A stretch of 64,000 bases of DNA from Reyranella sp. (GCA_052439685.1 JBQVQG010000028.1:541-64540), one strand, 5' to 3'; counted from the first letter of the stretch, positions 9,159 to 18,879 are shown. Program-made: numbers and translations. Notes: a model not told the origin generated them from the sequence alone.

Positions 9159-10693
9159 AGCCGACCGAAACCCACGTTTTTCCCGACGGCATCACCGGCC
9201 CCGACGTCAGCTTCGACGGCGGCGACCTCGATTGCGGCAACGGGCTCCTGCTGCTGATCCGCAAGCACATCGACCCGATGGCGCGCGGCCAGCTGCTGGA
9301 AATCCTCTCGACGGAAATCTCGGTCGACGAGGACCTGCCGGCCTGGTGCCGCCTGACGTCCAACGAGCTGGTCTCGTTCCAGAAGGTCGGCAAGCAGCGC
9401 AGCTTCGTGATCGCCAAGGGCAAGCTCGCCGAACGTGGAGCCAAGGAAGAGCGCCACTGGAGTGGCGCGCTCCGCACGACGGACATTGCTGGAGCGCGCC
9501 ACTCCAGTGGCGCTCATGCTCGGACAGAACCCGTAGCCGCGCCGCCGGTTCCCGCGATGTCCGTCATGGGCATCGGCTCCTGGCCGCGCCCGCGCTGGAT
9601 GGTCGAGGCGATGCATTCCTACGTCGAGGGCAAGCTCGACGAGGCCGCGTTCCACGAGACCGCCAACGATGCCGTGCGCCTCGTCGTCGCCGCGCAGGAG
9701 CGGGCCGGGGTGGGCGTCCTCACCGATGGCGAGCAGCGCCGCGATTCCTATGCGAGCTTCGTGGCGACACGGCTCGACAATTGCCAGCTCATCCCGCTGA
9801 CCGACCTGCTGCCGCTGGTCGACGATCCCGAGAAGTTCGAGCGTGAGCTGCGGGCGCTCGACGTGCCGGCCGCCGACGTGCGCCACCCGGCGGTGCTGGG
9901 CCGCATCTCGCGCAGCCGTCCGCTGGTGCGACACGAGGCGGATTTCCTGCGCACGCTCTCGACCAGGCCGATCAAGGTCGCGCTGCCGGGTCCTTATCTG
10001 CTGACGCGCACCATGTGGATGGAGTGTCTGAACGAGCGCGCCTATGAGAGCCGCGAGGATCTGGCCCAGGACATCGTGACGGCGTTGCGCGCCGAGCTGA
10101 AGGACCTGCTCGATGCCGGTGTCTCGCTGGTCCAGTTCGACGAGCCGGTCCTGTCGGAAGTGGTGTTCAGCGGCGCCAAGAGCGGCCCCAGCTTCATGTG
10201 CGGGGCGCTGTCGGAATCGCGGGAGCCGGCGCATGAGCTGGCCTTCGCCCGCGACCTCGTGAACGCGGTGGTCGACGGAAGCCCGCGCGAGCGCATCGCG
10301 TTGCATGTCTGCCGCGGCAACTGGACCCCCGATGAATCGGTCGCGCTGGCCGGCGACTATCGCCCGCTGGTCGACACGCTCGCCTCCATGCGGGTCGGCG
10401 CCTATCTCCTGGAGATGTGCACCCCGCGCGCCGGCGAACTCGAGATCCTGAAGGCGCTGCCGCAGGACGCCCGCATCGGCGTCGGCGTGGTGAACCAGAA
10501 ATGCGCCCATGCCGAGCCGGTCGAGGAAGTCGGCGCCAAGATCGCCCGCGCCATCGACCTGTTCGGCAAGGACCGCCTGCTGTTCCATCCCGATTGCGGC
10601 TTTGCCACCTTCGCCGACAACCCGATCTGCAGCGCTACCGCCGCCGAGGAAAAGCTCAAGGTCATCGTCGAGGCGGTCGAGCGGTTGCGCTGA
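9155..10693 (+). CDS. TusA/SirA-like N-terminal domain fused to a cobalamin-independent methionine synthase II (MetE C-terminal-like) domain
   Basis: N-terminus FDGGDLDCGNGLLLLIRK...GQLLEILSTE.SV.EDLPAWCR; C-terminus GSWPRP, TDGEQRR, QFDEP, Zn ligands LHVCRGN and HPDCGF. Confidence 0.85.
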   Translation: MKPTETHVFPDGITGPDVSFDGGDLDCGNGLLLLIRKHIDPMARGQLLEILSTEISVDEDLPAWCRLTSNELVSFQKVGKQRSFVIAKGKLAERGAKEERHWSGALRTTDIAGARHSSGAHARTEPVAAPPVPAMSVMGIGSWPRPRWMVEAMHSYVEGKLDEAAFHETANDAVRLVVAAQERAGVGVLTDGEQRRDSYASFVATRLDNCQLIPLTDLLPLVDDPEKFERELRALDVPAADVRHPAVLGRISRSRPLVRHEADFLRTLSTRPIKVALPGPYLLTRTMWMECLNERAYESREDLAQDIVTALRAELKDLLDAGVSLVQFDEPVLSEVVFSGAKSGPSFMCGALSESREPAHELAFARDLVNAVVDGSPRERIALHVCRGNWTPDESVALAGDYRPLVDTLASMRVGAYLLEMCTPRAGELEILKALPQDARIGVGVVNQKCAHAEPVEEVGAKIARAIDLFGKDRLLFHPDCGFATFADNPICSATAAEEKLKVIVEAVERLR

Positions 10694-10772
10694 CCGCCGC
10701 GCTGCACCGGCAGCCTATACCGGTTTCGCCGATCGGGGAACGGGCGCCAGATGCACTCTCGATCGGGAGAGG

Positions 10773-11036
10773 GTGACATCGTGCACGTCGGTTCTTCGTG
10801 GCCGCAGGCGCGGCGGTCGGTCTTTTCGGAATTTCCACACCAGGGAGCAGCGCGAGATCGAGACCGGGCCGCTCACGGGGCGCGAGTTCGTCCTTGCCGC
10901 GGCGGGCGACCGCTTCGTGCGGGCGCGTCTCTACCTCACGCGGCAGGCGGTCTATTCGCAGATCGCGCAGGGGCGCCTGTCCCGGCTCGGCAGCCCGATG
11001 GTCACGCGGTTCTTCGACTCGCTGCGGTTCGGCTAG
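10773..11036 (+). CDS. Hypothetical or truncated gene fragment
   Basis: 3' part (GPLTGREFVLAAAGDRFVRARLYLTRQAVYS...FFDSLRFG) looks protein-like; no clear start or RBS. Confidence 0.35.
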   Translation: MTSCTSVLRGRRRGGRSFRNFHTREQREIETGPLTGREFVLAAAGDRFVRARLYLTRQAVYSQIAQGRLSRLGSPMVTRFFDSLRFG

Positions 11037-11093
11037 CGGGCGCGCCGGCGCCGGAGCCGTTCCGGCTGGCGCGACTTGTGATATAGCGGCGCC

Positions 11094-13052
11094 ATGTCGG
11101 CCCCTCCCACCAAGGCACCTGCGTCTGCTGGCAAACCTTTGGATGACGGCTCGTTCCGCCAGCTGGTCGAGGGCGTGCTCGACTATGCCGTGTACATGCT
11201 CGATCCCGCGGGCAACGTCGCGAGCTGGAACAGCGGCGCCGAACGCTTCAAGGGCTACACTGCGGCCGAGATCGTCGGCAGCCATTTCTCGCGCTTCTAC
11301 GCCGAAGAGGATCGCCGTTCCGGCCTGCCGGCGCGGGCCCTCGACATCGCGCTGCGCGAGGGCCGGTTCGAGAACGAGGGTTGGCGCGTGCGCAAGGACG
11401 GCACGCGCTTCTGGGCGCATGTGGTCATGGACCCGATCCGCGGTCCCGACGGCACGCTGCTGGGCTTCGCCAAGGTCACGCGCGACCTGACCCGGCGGCG
11501 CGCGGCGGCGGAGGAGCTGCGCCGCAGCCAGGAGGAGTTCCGCCTTCTGGTGCAGAGCGTCACCGACTACGGCATCTATATGCTCGATCCCGAGGGCAAC
11601 GTCGCGACCTGGAATGCCGGGGCCCAGCGGATCAAGGGCTATGCGCCGGAAGAGATCGTCGGCCAGCACTTCTCGCGTTTCTATACCGAGGAGGACCGTG
11701 CCGCCGGCGCGCCGCAGCGGGCGCTCGCCACCGCACTGCACGAGGGCCGCTTCGAGAACGAGGCCTGGCGCGTGCGCAAGGACGGCACGCGCTTCTGGGC
11801 CAGCATCGTCATCGATCCGGTTCGCGAGCCCGACGGCACGCTGCGCGGCTTCGCCAAGGTCACGCGCGACATCACGGAGCGCCGCGAGGTGCAGCTCGAA
11901 CTCGAGCGCGCGCGCGAGGCGCTGTTCCAGTCGCAGAAGATGGAGGCGATCGGCCAGCTCACCGGCGGCGTCGCGCACGACTTCAACAACCTACTGACCG
12001 CCGTCATCGGCAGCCTCGAACTGGTGCGCAAGCGCCTGCCGGCCGACGACCGGAACCTGCTGCTGATCGACAATGCCATGCAGGCGGCGCGCCGCGGCGC
12101 CACCCTGACGCAGCGCATGCTGGCCTTCGCGCGGCGGCAGGAACTCGATCCGGAACTGGCCTCGGTCGCTGCGTTGGTGACCGGCATGACGACGCTGTTC
12201 GACCACACGCTCGGCCCCTCGATCGTGCTCGACGTCGACTGCCCGGCGTCGCTTCCGCCGGTAAGGGTCGACGTCAACCAGCTCGAAATGGCGCTGCTCA
12301 ACCTCGTGGTCAATGCGCGCGATGCCATGCCGCGCGGCGGCGTCATCGCCATCTCGGCGCGCGAGGCCACGGCGGACCCGGCCTCGACGTTCCCGCTGCC
12401 GGCCGGCCGCTACGTGCGCCTCTCGGTCCGCGACCAGGGCCACGGCATGGATGCCATCACCCTGGCGCGCGCGACCGAACCGTTCTTCACGACCAAGGGC
12501 GTGGGCAAGGGGACCGGCCTCGGCCTCTCGATGGTGCACGGACTCGCCGAACAGCTGGGCGGCCGCCTGCAACTCGAGAGCGTCCCGGGCATCGGAACGA
12601 CTGCGTCGCTGTGGATCCCGATGGCCGCCGGCGCCGATGTTCTGTCTCAGCACAGCGAGCCCGCGCCCGCGGTCGAGGCGACGTCGCTGTACATCCTCGC
12701 GGTCGACGACGACGCGCTGATCCTCGTGAACACCGCCGCCATGCTGGAGGATCTCGGTCACGAGGTCGTCACCGCCTATTCCGGCCGCGAGGCGCTGGCA
12801 GCGCTCGCGGGCATGGAACGGGTCGATCTCGTCGTCACCGATCAGGCGATGCCCGGCATGACCGGCACCGAACTGGTCGCCGCCATCCGGCGCGAGCGCC
12901 CCGACCTGCCGGTCCTGCTCGCGACCGGCTATGCCGAACTGCCCGACGGCGGGATGTCCGACATCCCGCGCCTCAACAAGCCCTTCCTGCAGGCCCATCT
13001 CGATCACGCCATCGCCGAGGTGATGCGGGGCCGATCCAAGTCGTCCGGCTGA
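11094..13052 (+). CDS. Hybrid sensor histidine kinase PAS-PAS-HisKA-HATPase-REC
   Basis: Two PAS/PAC repeats (DYA.YMLDP.G.V.SWN.GA...R.RKDGTRFWA), GQLTGGVAHDFNN H-box, PFFTTK..GKGTGLGL, VDDD receiver. Confidence 0.95.
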   Translation: MSAPPTKAPASAGKPLDDGSFRQLVEGVLDYAVYMLDPAGNVASWNSGAERFKGYTAAEIVGSHFSRFYAEEDRRSGLPARALDIALREGRFENEGWRVRKDGTRFWAHVVMDPIRGPDGTLLGFAKVTRDLTRRRAAAEELRRSQEEFRLLVQSVTDYGIYMLDPEGNVATWNAGAQRIKGYAPEEIVGQHFSRFYTEEDRAAGAPQRALATALHEGRFENEAWRVRKDGTRFWASIVIDPVREPDGTLRGFAKVTRDITERREVQLELERAREALFQSQKMEAIGQLTGGVAHDFNNLLTAVIGSLELVRKRLPADDRNLLLIDNAMQAARRGATLTQRMLAFARRQELDPELASVAALVTGMTTLFDHTLGPSIVLDVDCPASLPPVRVDVNQLEMALLNLVVNARDAMPRGGVIAISAREATADPASTFPLPAGRYVRLSVRDQGHGMDAITLARATEPFFTTKGVGKGTGLGLSMVHGLAEQLGGRLQLESVPGIGTTASLWIPMAAGADVLSQHSEPAPAVEATSLYILAVDDDALILVNTAAMLEDLGHEVVTAYSGREALAALAGMERVDLVVTDQAMPGMTGTELVAAIRRERPDLPVLLATGYAELPDGGMSDIPRLNKPFLQAHLDHAIAEVMRGRSKSSG

Positions 13053-13058
13053 CGAGGA

Positions 13059-13709
13059 TCAGGGGCTGCTGCGCCCCACCTTCGGTTCGGTTCCGGCGAG
13101 CAGGCGCACGATGTTGGCGCGGTGGAGTGCGAGCACGTAGAGGCCGCCGGCGATGACCAGCAGGCGATAGGCCAGCGGCTCGGGCAGCAGGCAGACGAGA
13201 ATCGCGGCCGTCACCGCCGCCAGCATCGAGGCGAGCGACACGATACGCACGAGTGCCAGCACGGCGAGAAAGACGAAGGCCGCGCCCACGCCGACCGGCC
13301 ACGACAAAGCGAGCAGCACGCCGAGGCCGGTCGCCGCCGACTTGCCGCCGGTGAAGCCCAGCCAGATCGAGCGGCTGTGGCCCAGCAGCACGGCAAGCCC
13401 GCACAGGCAGACCGCCCAGGGCATTCCGTCCGGCGATGCGCCCAGCCAGGGATAGAGCCAGCGCGCGAGCAGGATCGCCGCCATGCCCTTCAGCACGTCG
13501 ACAACCAGCACCACCAGGGCCGGTCCCTTGCCCAGCGTGCGCAGTACGTTGGTCGCGCCGGTCGACCCGGAACCGTGCTGACGGATGTCGATGCCGCGCA
13601 GCAGCCGGCCCGCCAGATACCCCGTGGGCGTCGAGCCCAGGAGATAGGCGGCAGCGACGCCGGCGATCCCGAAGAGCGAAATGAAAAACGGCGATGTCGC
13701 GTCGTGCAG
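13059..13709 (-). CDS. plsY: Glycerol-3-phosphate 1-O-acyltransferase PlsY
   Basis: YLLGS.PTG, GSGSTGATNVLR, DVLKG, GH, GGKSAAT, HRANI.RL..GTEP; no in-frame ATG/GTG before the conserved N-terminus, so CTG at 13709 is proposed. Confidence 0.9.
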   Translation of the reverse strand: MHDATSPFFISLFGIAGVAAAYLLGSTPTGYLAGRLLRGIDIRQHGSGSTGATNVLRTLGKGPALVVLVVDVLKGMAAILLARWLYPWLGASPDGMPWAVCLCGLAVLLGHSRSIWLGFTGGKSAATGLGVLLALSWPVGVGAAFVFLAVLALVRIVSLASMLAAVTAAILVCLLPEPLAYRLLVIAGGLYVLALHRANIVRLLAGTEPKVGRSSP

Positions 13710-13855
13710 CGGAAGGCTCCGTCAAATCCGCGCCAACTGTAGCGCAGAAAGTCGTGACGGCGCGTCCTCTGCTTGCTGGCTTCACTCGTCCTGAATAGTG
13801 TGCCGGTCGCAAGGTCAAGGGGCGGCAAAGCCCTGGAGATCAGGGAGGAATTGTA

Positions 13856-14845
13856 ATGCGTACACCGACTCGTCGTGGGCTCATCGTTACGGGCGCAAGC
13901 GCTCTCGCGGCGCCGGCTCTTTTCACCAGTTCGTCGCGGGCGCAGGGCGCGTTCCCGAACAAGCCGATCCGGATCGTCGTACCCTATCCGGCGGGCGGAC
14001 AGACCGACGGCATCGCGCGCGTCTATGGCGAGTATCTCGGCCGCAAGCTCGGCACCTCCGTGGTGGTCGAGAACAAGGGCGGCGCCGGTGGCACGATCGG
14101 CGTGGCCGAGGTCAAGCGCGCGCCGCCCGACGGCTACACCATCCTCTGCACCATTTCCTCGTCGCTGATCCAGAACCGGGTCACGGTGAAGGACCTGCCG
14201 TATGATCCGGAGAAGGACTTCACCTATCTCGCCATGACGACCAGCCTCGGCGGCCCCGTCGTGGCGGCCGAGAAGACCGGCGCGACCAACCTCAAGCAGT
14301 TCCTCGAATACGCCAAGAAGGTCGACAAGTTGAACTTCGGCGCCTACGGGCCGGGTTCGACGCCGCAGATGCTGATCGAGACGATGGCGCGCCAATACGG
14401 GTTCAAGGTCGAGGTCGTGCAGTATCGCGGCGAGGCCGCGATGTTCGCCGACGTGGCGGCCCAGGCGCTCGACGGCGCGGCGGGCAGTCCGGCCGGTGCG
14501 GCCTCGGTGATCGGTTCCGGCAAGGGCAGGGCCATCGCCATGATGGGCGACCGTCTGCCGGCCTTTCCCGGTGTCGAGACGATGGTGGAGCAGGGCGCCG
14601 TCGGCGGCTTCTACGAGACGCGCGCCTTCGCTGTCTTCGCCGTCCCGGCGGCGACGCCCAAGGACGTCGTAAAGAAGCTCTCCGACACGCTGTTCGAAGC
14701 CGGCACCGACGAGAAGGTGAAGGCGCTGATGGCCAATTACCTGATCGTCGGTCCCCTCGATTTCGAAGCGACCAACAAGGTCTTCCAGCGAGACACCCGG
14801 ATCATGCTCCAGGTGATGAAGGAGATCGGGATCAAGGCCGAGTAG
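13856..14845 (+). CDS. Bug/TctC tripartite tricarboxylate transporter substrate-binding protein
   Basis: Tat-like RRGL leader, FPNKPIRIVVPYPAGG.TD..AR, VENKGGAGG.IG, DGYTI, Y.GEA. Confidence 0.92.
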   Translation: MRTPTRRGLIVTGASALAAPALFTSSSRAQGAFPNKPIRIVVPYPAGGQTDGIARVYGEYLGRKLGTSVVVENKGGAGGTIGVAEVKRAPPDGYTILCTISSSLIQNRVTVKDLPYDPEKDFTYLAMTTSLGGPVVAAEKTGATNLKQFLEYAKKVDKLNFGAYGPGSTPQMLIETMARQYGFKVEVVQYRGEAAMFADVAAQALDGAAGSPAGAASVIGSGKGRAIAMMGDRLPAFPGVETMVEQGAVGGFYETRAFAVFAVPAATPKDVVKKLSDTLFEAGTDEKVKALMANYLIVGPLDFEATNKVFQRDTRIMLQVMKEIGIKAE

Positions 14846-14952
14846 TCGGCCGCGCAAGGCGCGGCCGGGGGAGCGTAGGAGCTTGCCCACGGCAAGCTCC
14901 GGGAGCGACGTATGCCGGTGCAACAGGTCTCTTGAACAGCGAGGAACCAACC

Positions 14953-15456
14953 ATGTCCTTCACGGTAACCAGCGACAGCTTCAAGGAAGGCGCCACCCTC
15001 GGGATGGAGCACATCCTCTCGGCCGAGTACGGCTTCGGCTGCGGCGGCGGCAACAAGTCGCCGCACCTGCGCTGGTCCGGCGCGCCCGAGGGCACCAAGA
15101 GCTTCGCCGTGCGCTGCTACGATCCCGACGCACCGACCGGCTCGGGATTCTGGCACTGGGTGGTGGTCAACATCCCCGCCGGCACGACCGAGCTGGCGCT
15201 CGACGCCGGCAACCCGAAGGCCGGCCTTCTCCCAAAGGGCGCGCTGCAGACGCGCACCGACTTCGGCGCCCCGGGCTATGGCGGTCCGTGCCCGCCGCCG
15301 GGCCACGGCCCGCACCGCTACGTCTTCACGGTGTTCGCGGTGAAGGAAGAGGCCCTGCCGGTGACTGCCGACACGTCGGCCGCGATCGTCGGCTTCCAGC
15401 TGCATTTCAACACGCTGGCCAAGGCCGCGCTGACCGGCACCTTCGAAAGAACGTAG
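14953..15456 (+). CDS. YbhB/YbcL family (PEBP/Raf kinase inhibitor-like) protein
   Basis: N.SP.L.WS..PEGTKSFA...YDPDAPTGSGFWHWVV.NIP, YGGPCPPPGHGPHRY.FTVFA. Confidence 0.93.
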   Translation: MSFTVTSDSFKEGATLGMEHILSAEYGFGCGGGNKSPHLRWSGAPEGTKSFAVRCYDPDAPTGSGFWHWVVVNIPAGTTELALDAGNPKAGLLPKGALQTRTDFGAPGYGGPCPPPGHGPHRYVFTVFAVKEEALPVTADTSAAIVGFQLHFNTLAKAALTGTFERT

Positions 15457-15607
15457 CCAGCGCCGAGCGCGACCTTGCGAGAGAGCGTCAGGACATTGCC
15501 TTCGGCACTATCCGGGAGCGACGTCTGGCTCTCTCGTCCGCAGGGACCTTCGACCCCCATCGCCCTCGTAGGACTCGCTCGGTCGTACAGGACATGCATT
15601 CGTGTCC

Positions 15608-16422
15608 TTACAGTATGCCTTCTTGCGCGGCCTGATGAACCGTCCTCACGATCGGCCAGAAGCCAAGGCGCCGCGCGAGCGATCCATCGACATGGAGGGA
15701 CCAGGGATTTCGCATGTCCTCGGCCGACGGTTCCATCCTCTGGCCCACGAGTCCCACCAATTCATAGACCGTGGTCGGCGCTTCATCGGATATGTTGACG
15801 ATCCGACCATCGAAGGCGCCTGCCAGCGCGAGCTTTATCGCCGTTGCAATATCGCGATGGTGTATCGTGCTCATCCGATGGGCGGGATGGAAGCCGGCGG
15901 CGACCAGGTGCTTTGGCAGCATCTCCAGGTGACCGTCGCCGTCGCCATAAACGAACGGGAACCGTGAGATCGACCAGTTCAAGCCACTCTCGCGCAGCAG
16001 TTTCTCGGCTGCGACCTTGCTGGCGGGATAGGCATGTTGCGGCTCGACACGATCGGTCTCCCGGGCGGGCTGGGTCGAGTTCTTGTCGTAGACATTCGAC
16101 GTGCTCGCCATGATGAAGCGAGCGCCCGGCGCGTCGGCTTGCACGGCGGCGATCAAATTGCGGGTGCCCTCCAGGTTGCTCCTCCAGATCAAATCGATAT
16201 CCGGGCTGCGAAAGACGGCGGCCAGATGCACGACCGCCGAAACACCCCGAACAGCCTCCGAGAGCGTCGAACGGTCGAGAATATCGCCCGTCACGGCCGT
16301 TGCTCCCGGGGGGAGGGCTTCCCTGTCCGCAGCAGTAGCCGGCAAGCAAAGCCTGCTTCCACCAGCCGCGGAACAAGGCGCTCGCCAACGAGGCCTGTCG
16401 CTCCCGTCATCAGGATCGTCAT
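15608..16422 (-). pseudogene. NAD-dependent epimerase/dehydratase (extended SDR), frameshifted near 16310-16325
   Basis: ATG 16422 gives MTILMTGATGLVGERL... (Rossmann motif) that stops after about 43 aa; the rest (VVHLAAVF, Y.ASK) is in another frame; the shift lies in a G/C homopolymer run and could be a sequencing error. Confidence 0.8.
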
Positions 16423-16426
16423 GGGC

Positions 16427-16876
16427 TCATACTTTTCCCGAGAGGGTCTGTAGCCGCTCGGTCGCCAATCGAAGGACGCGGATCGTCGTGGCCAGATCGG
16501 TCTCGTCGATGCCGTCGAAAGCAGCCTGGTGAATGAACGAGAGGTCCGGGAGTTGGCGCCACAGGGCCTTGCCTGAACGTGTCAGGCTCAGAAGACGCTG
16601 GCGCTGGTCTTCTTCGTTCGAGGTCTGCTGGACCAGCCCTTTGCGAACGAGCGTGGCGATGATCCCGCTCAAAGTTGCCCGTTCGAGCTCAAGCGCATGT
16701 CCGAGATCGCGCTGCACCGCCGGACCGGCGTTTGCCAGGTGCCAGAGGACGTACCACTGCGTCGAACCCACATCGTATGGACGGAGGGTCGCGTCCATGA
16801 GGGCCCGTCCCGCAAAATAGCATCGCTTTGTCCATGCGCCGACGGTCAGATGTTCGGCGTCTCGTTCGTCCCGCAT
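16427..16876 (-). CDS. MarR family transcriptional regulator
   Basis: TQWYVLWHL...QRDL...LELERATLSGIIATLVRKGLV....D.RQRLLSLT..G winged-helix pattern. Confidence 0.9.
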   Translation of the reverse strand: MRDERDAEHLTVGAWTKRCYFAGRALMDATLRPYDVGSTQWYVLWHLANAGPAVQRDLGHALELERATLSGIIATLVRKGLVQQTSNEEDQRQRLLSLTRSGKALWRQLPDLSFIHQAAFDGIDETDLATTIRVLRLATERLQTLSGKV

Positions 16877-16893
16877 GCCGGGGCCCTTCCATC

Positions 16894-16930
16894 CGTTTGC
16901 TACCTTGCGGATATCGCAAGGTAGCAAACG
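16894..16930. promoter_or_regulatory. Perfect 16-bp inverted repeat, likely MarR operator
   Basis: CGTTTGCTACCTTGCG-GATAT-CGCAAGGTAGCAAACG, ending 18 bp upstream of the marR ATG. Confidence 0.65.
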
Positions 16931-16961
16931 AATAGTCAAGCGTGTTCGCCTGGGTCCTGGG

Positions 16962-18755
16962 CTAGCGCTCGTCCAACGGCGGAAACTTCCACTTCCCGTT
17001 GCGGATCGGCAGGAACGAGCCGTCGTCGACGCCGACCTCCTCGGCGATGCGTTCGTTGGTCACCTGATTGAGCGCCAGGATGAGATCGCCGTTCTTCTTC
17101 ATGTCGAGCGAGAGGTTCGTCATCTCGTCCGGATCGGCCTCGAGGTCGTAGACTTCGAGGTCGTTCTTCGCGAGCAGTTCCTCCATCGTCTTAGGCGCGT
17201 TGAAGGCCACCGGCGAGAAATAGCGCGAGAAGCGATAGCGGCCGTCGAAGATGCTGCGGATGGCGGTGCGGTTGCGGAAATCCGGCGGTTGCGCGGCCAG
17301 CATCGTCTCCTGCTGCTCCGGCGGCTTGGTCCGGAACGCGCGCATGTCGATCGTCATCGCGGCCCACTTCGGGTCCGAATAGGACAGCATGTCGAAGTTG
17401 AACAGCGAGGCCGGCCGCACGGACTTGGGACCCGCGGTCGCCGGGTTGCGCAGCAGGGCGGAGAAATCCCTGCCGCGCAGACCCTCGCTGGCCCGCGCGA
17501 CCGCGGCGGCATCCTTGCCGGTGAGGGCGAGGAGGGTTGGCGTGAGGTCGAGCTGCGAGGTGATCGCCTGGCATTCCTTGCCGCCGGGAAAGCCCGGATG
17601 GACGATCATCAGCGGCAGGTGGTTCTGCTGGCGGTAGGTGTTGGTGCCCTTGCCGCGCATCTGGTGGCTGCCGCCCAACTCACCATGGTCGGCCGTGAAG
17701 ACGACGATCGTATTCTGCGCCATGCCGTTGTGCTCGAGCGCGGCCATCAGGCGCTCCACCTTCTGGTCGCAGTCGCGAATAGCGTTGAAGTAATAGTTGC
17801 GCAGGTCGCGCCAGCGCCTGTCCTCGTCGGGCCAGACACCTACCAGAAGGTCGATCGATTGCTGGTAGTAGAGGTGCGCCTTCGGCCGGCCCGGCGCATC
17901 GAGCGCCTGGTGGCGGCTCGCGGGCAGGGGCACGCCGTCCCAAGTCGCGCGATAGAGCTCGTCGTCCGGCGCGCGGGCGATGGGGAGCGCATGCCGCTTG
18001 CCTTGGATGTTCTCGGTCCCGGTATCGGAGTCGAAGTACATCGTGTCGTGTGGGTTCACGAGATTGACCGCGAGGTACCAGGGCTGGCCCTTCGTGCGCA
18101 GCGTCTGCGCCTCGGTGCGCAGCCACGTGACCGCGGTCGCCAGTGTGCCGTCGTCGTACTTGTAGCCACCGAGCGTGCCGTCGATCAGGTCACCGACGCC
18201 GAAGAAGTCCTGGAATCCGTAGGACTGCATGGTCTTGCGATAGTCGAGCAGCGGCGCGTCGACTGGCTTGTCGTTGAGGTCCATCGTCGCCGAGAGATGC
18301 CACTTGCCCTGATAGGCGGCGTGGTAGCCCAGCTCGTTGAGCCGATGGCCGATCGTCTTGATCCTGGTCGAGAGGTCGCGCTGCCAGATGTAGTTGAGAT
18401 TGTCGGCGATCCCGGTGTGCTGGATGTGCTGGCCGGTATAGACGACCGAACGCGCCGAGGAGCAGACGCAGGAGGCCGCCTGATGATTGAGGAAGGTGAC
18501 GGCCTTCTTCTTGATCGCCTCGCGCCCCGGGACGGGGAACGGCCAGGTCGGGAAGAAATGCTCCTGGTCGACCAGCACGAACAGGATGTTGTAGCCGGCC
18601 AGCATCGTGGCCGTCGGAGGACCGGCCGGCGCGGGGGCGGGTGCCTGTGCCTGCGAGATTCCGCCGGCCAGCAGGGTCGTGCCTAGCAGGGCGGCACCGG
18701 AGGCCATGGCCGAGCGGCGGGACGGGAGGGACGAGTCGTCTTCGGGGATCGCCAT
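16962..18755 (-). CDS. Sulfatase-like hydrolase with Tat-like signal
   Basis: SRRSAM leader, NILFVLVDQ, CSSAR (CxxxR formylglycine motif), GKWHLS, VNPHD, FTADHGE..G.H. Confidence 0.9.
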   Translation of the reverse strand: MAIPEDDSSLPSRRSAMASGAALLGTTLLAGGISQAQAPAPAPAGPPTATMLAGYNILFVLVDQEHFFPTWPFPVPGREAIKKKAVTFLNHQAASCVCSSARSVVYTGQHIQHTGIADNLNYIWQRDLSTRIKTIGHRLNELGYHAAYQGKWHLSATMDLNDKPVDAPLLDYRKTMQSYGFQDFFGVGDLIDGTLGGYKYDDGTLATAVTWLRTEAQTLRTKGQPWYLAVNLVNPHDTMYFDSDTGTENIQGKRHALPIARAPDDELYRATWDGVPLPASRHQALDAPGRPKAHLYYQQSIDLLVGVWPDEDRRWRDLRNYYFNAIRDCDQKVERLMAALEHNGMAQNTIVVFTADHGELGGSHQMRGKGTNTYRQQNHLPLMIVHPGFPGGKECQAITSQLDLTPTLLALTGKDAAAVARASEGLRGRDFSALLRNPATAGPKSVRPASLFNFDMLSYSDPKWAAMTIDMRAFRTKPPEQQETMLAAQPPDFRNRTAIRSIFDGRYRFSRYFSPVAFNAPKTMEELLAKNDLEVYDLEADPDEMTNLSLDMKKNGDLILALNQVTNERIAEEVGVDDGSFLPIRNGKWKFPPLDER

Positions 18756-18879
18756 CCGTTTGCTCCTGTGTGAACGTGCCTCATGCTACGCGGACACGGC
18801 GACGGAGTGCACACGAAATGCACTCGGCGTTTCATGCACGTTGACGTAGGCTCGGCATCATGGAGCAGGGAGCGTGAAC

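Noticed and set aside
14934-14947. GAAC-AGCGAG-GAAC upstream of the ybhB-like gene as a LexA box
   Set aside because: The spacer is 6 nt rather than 7, and the site overlaps the RBS.
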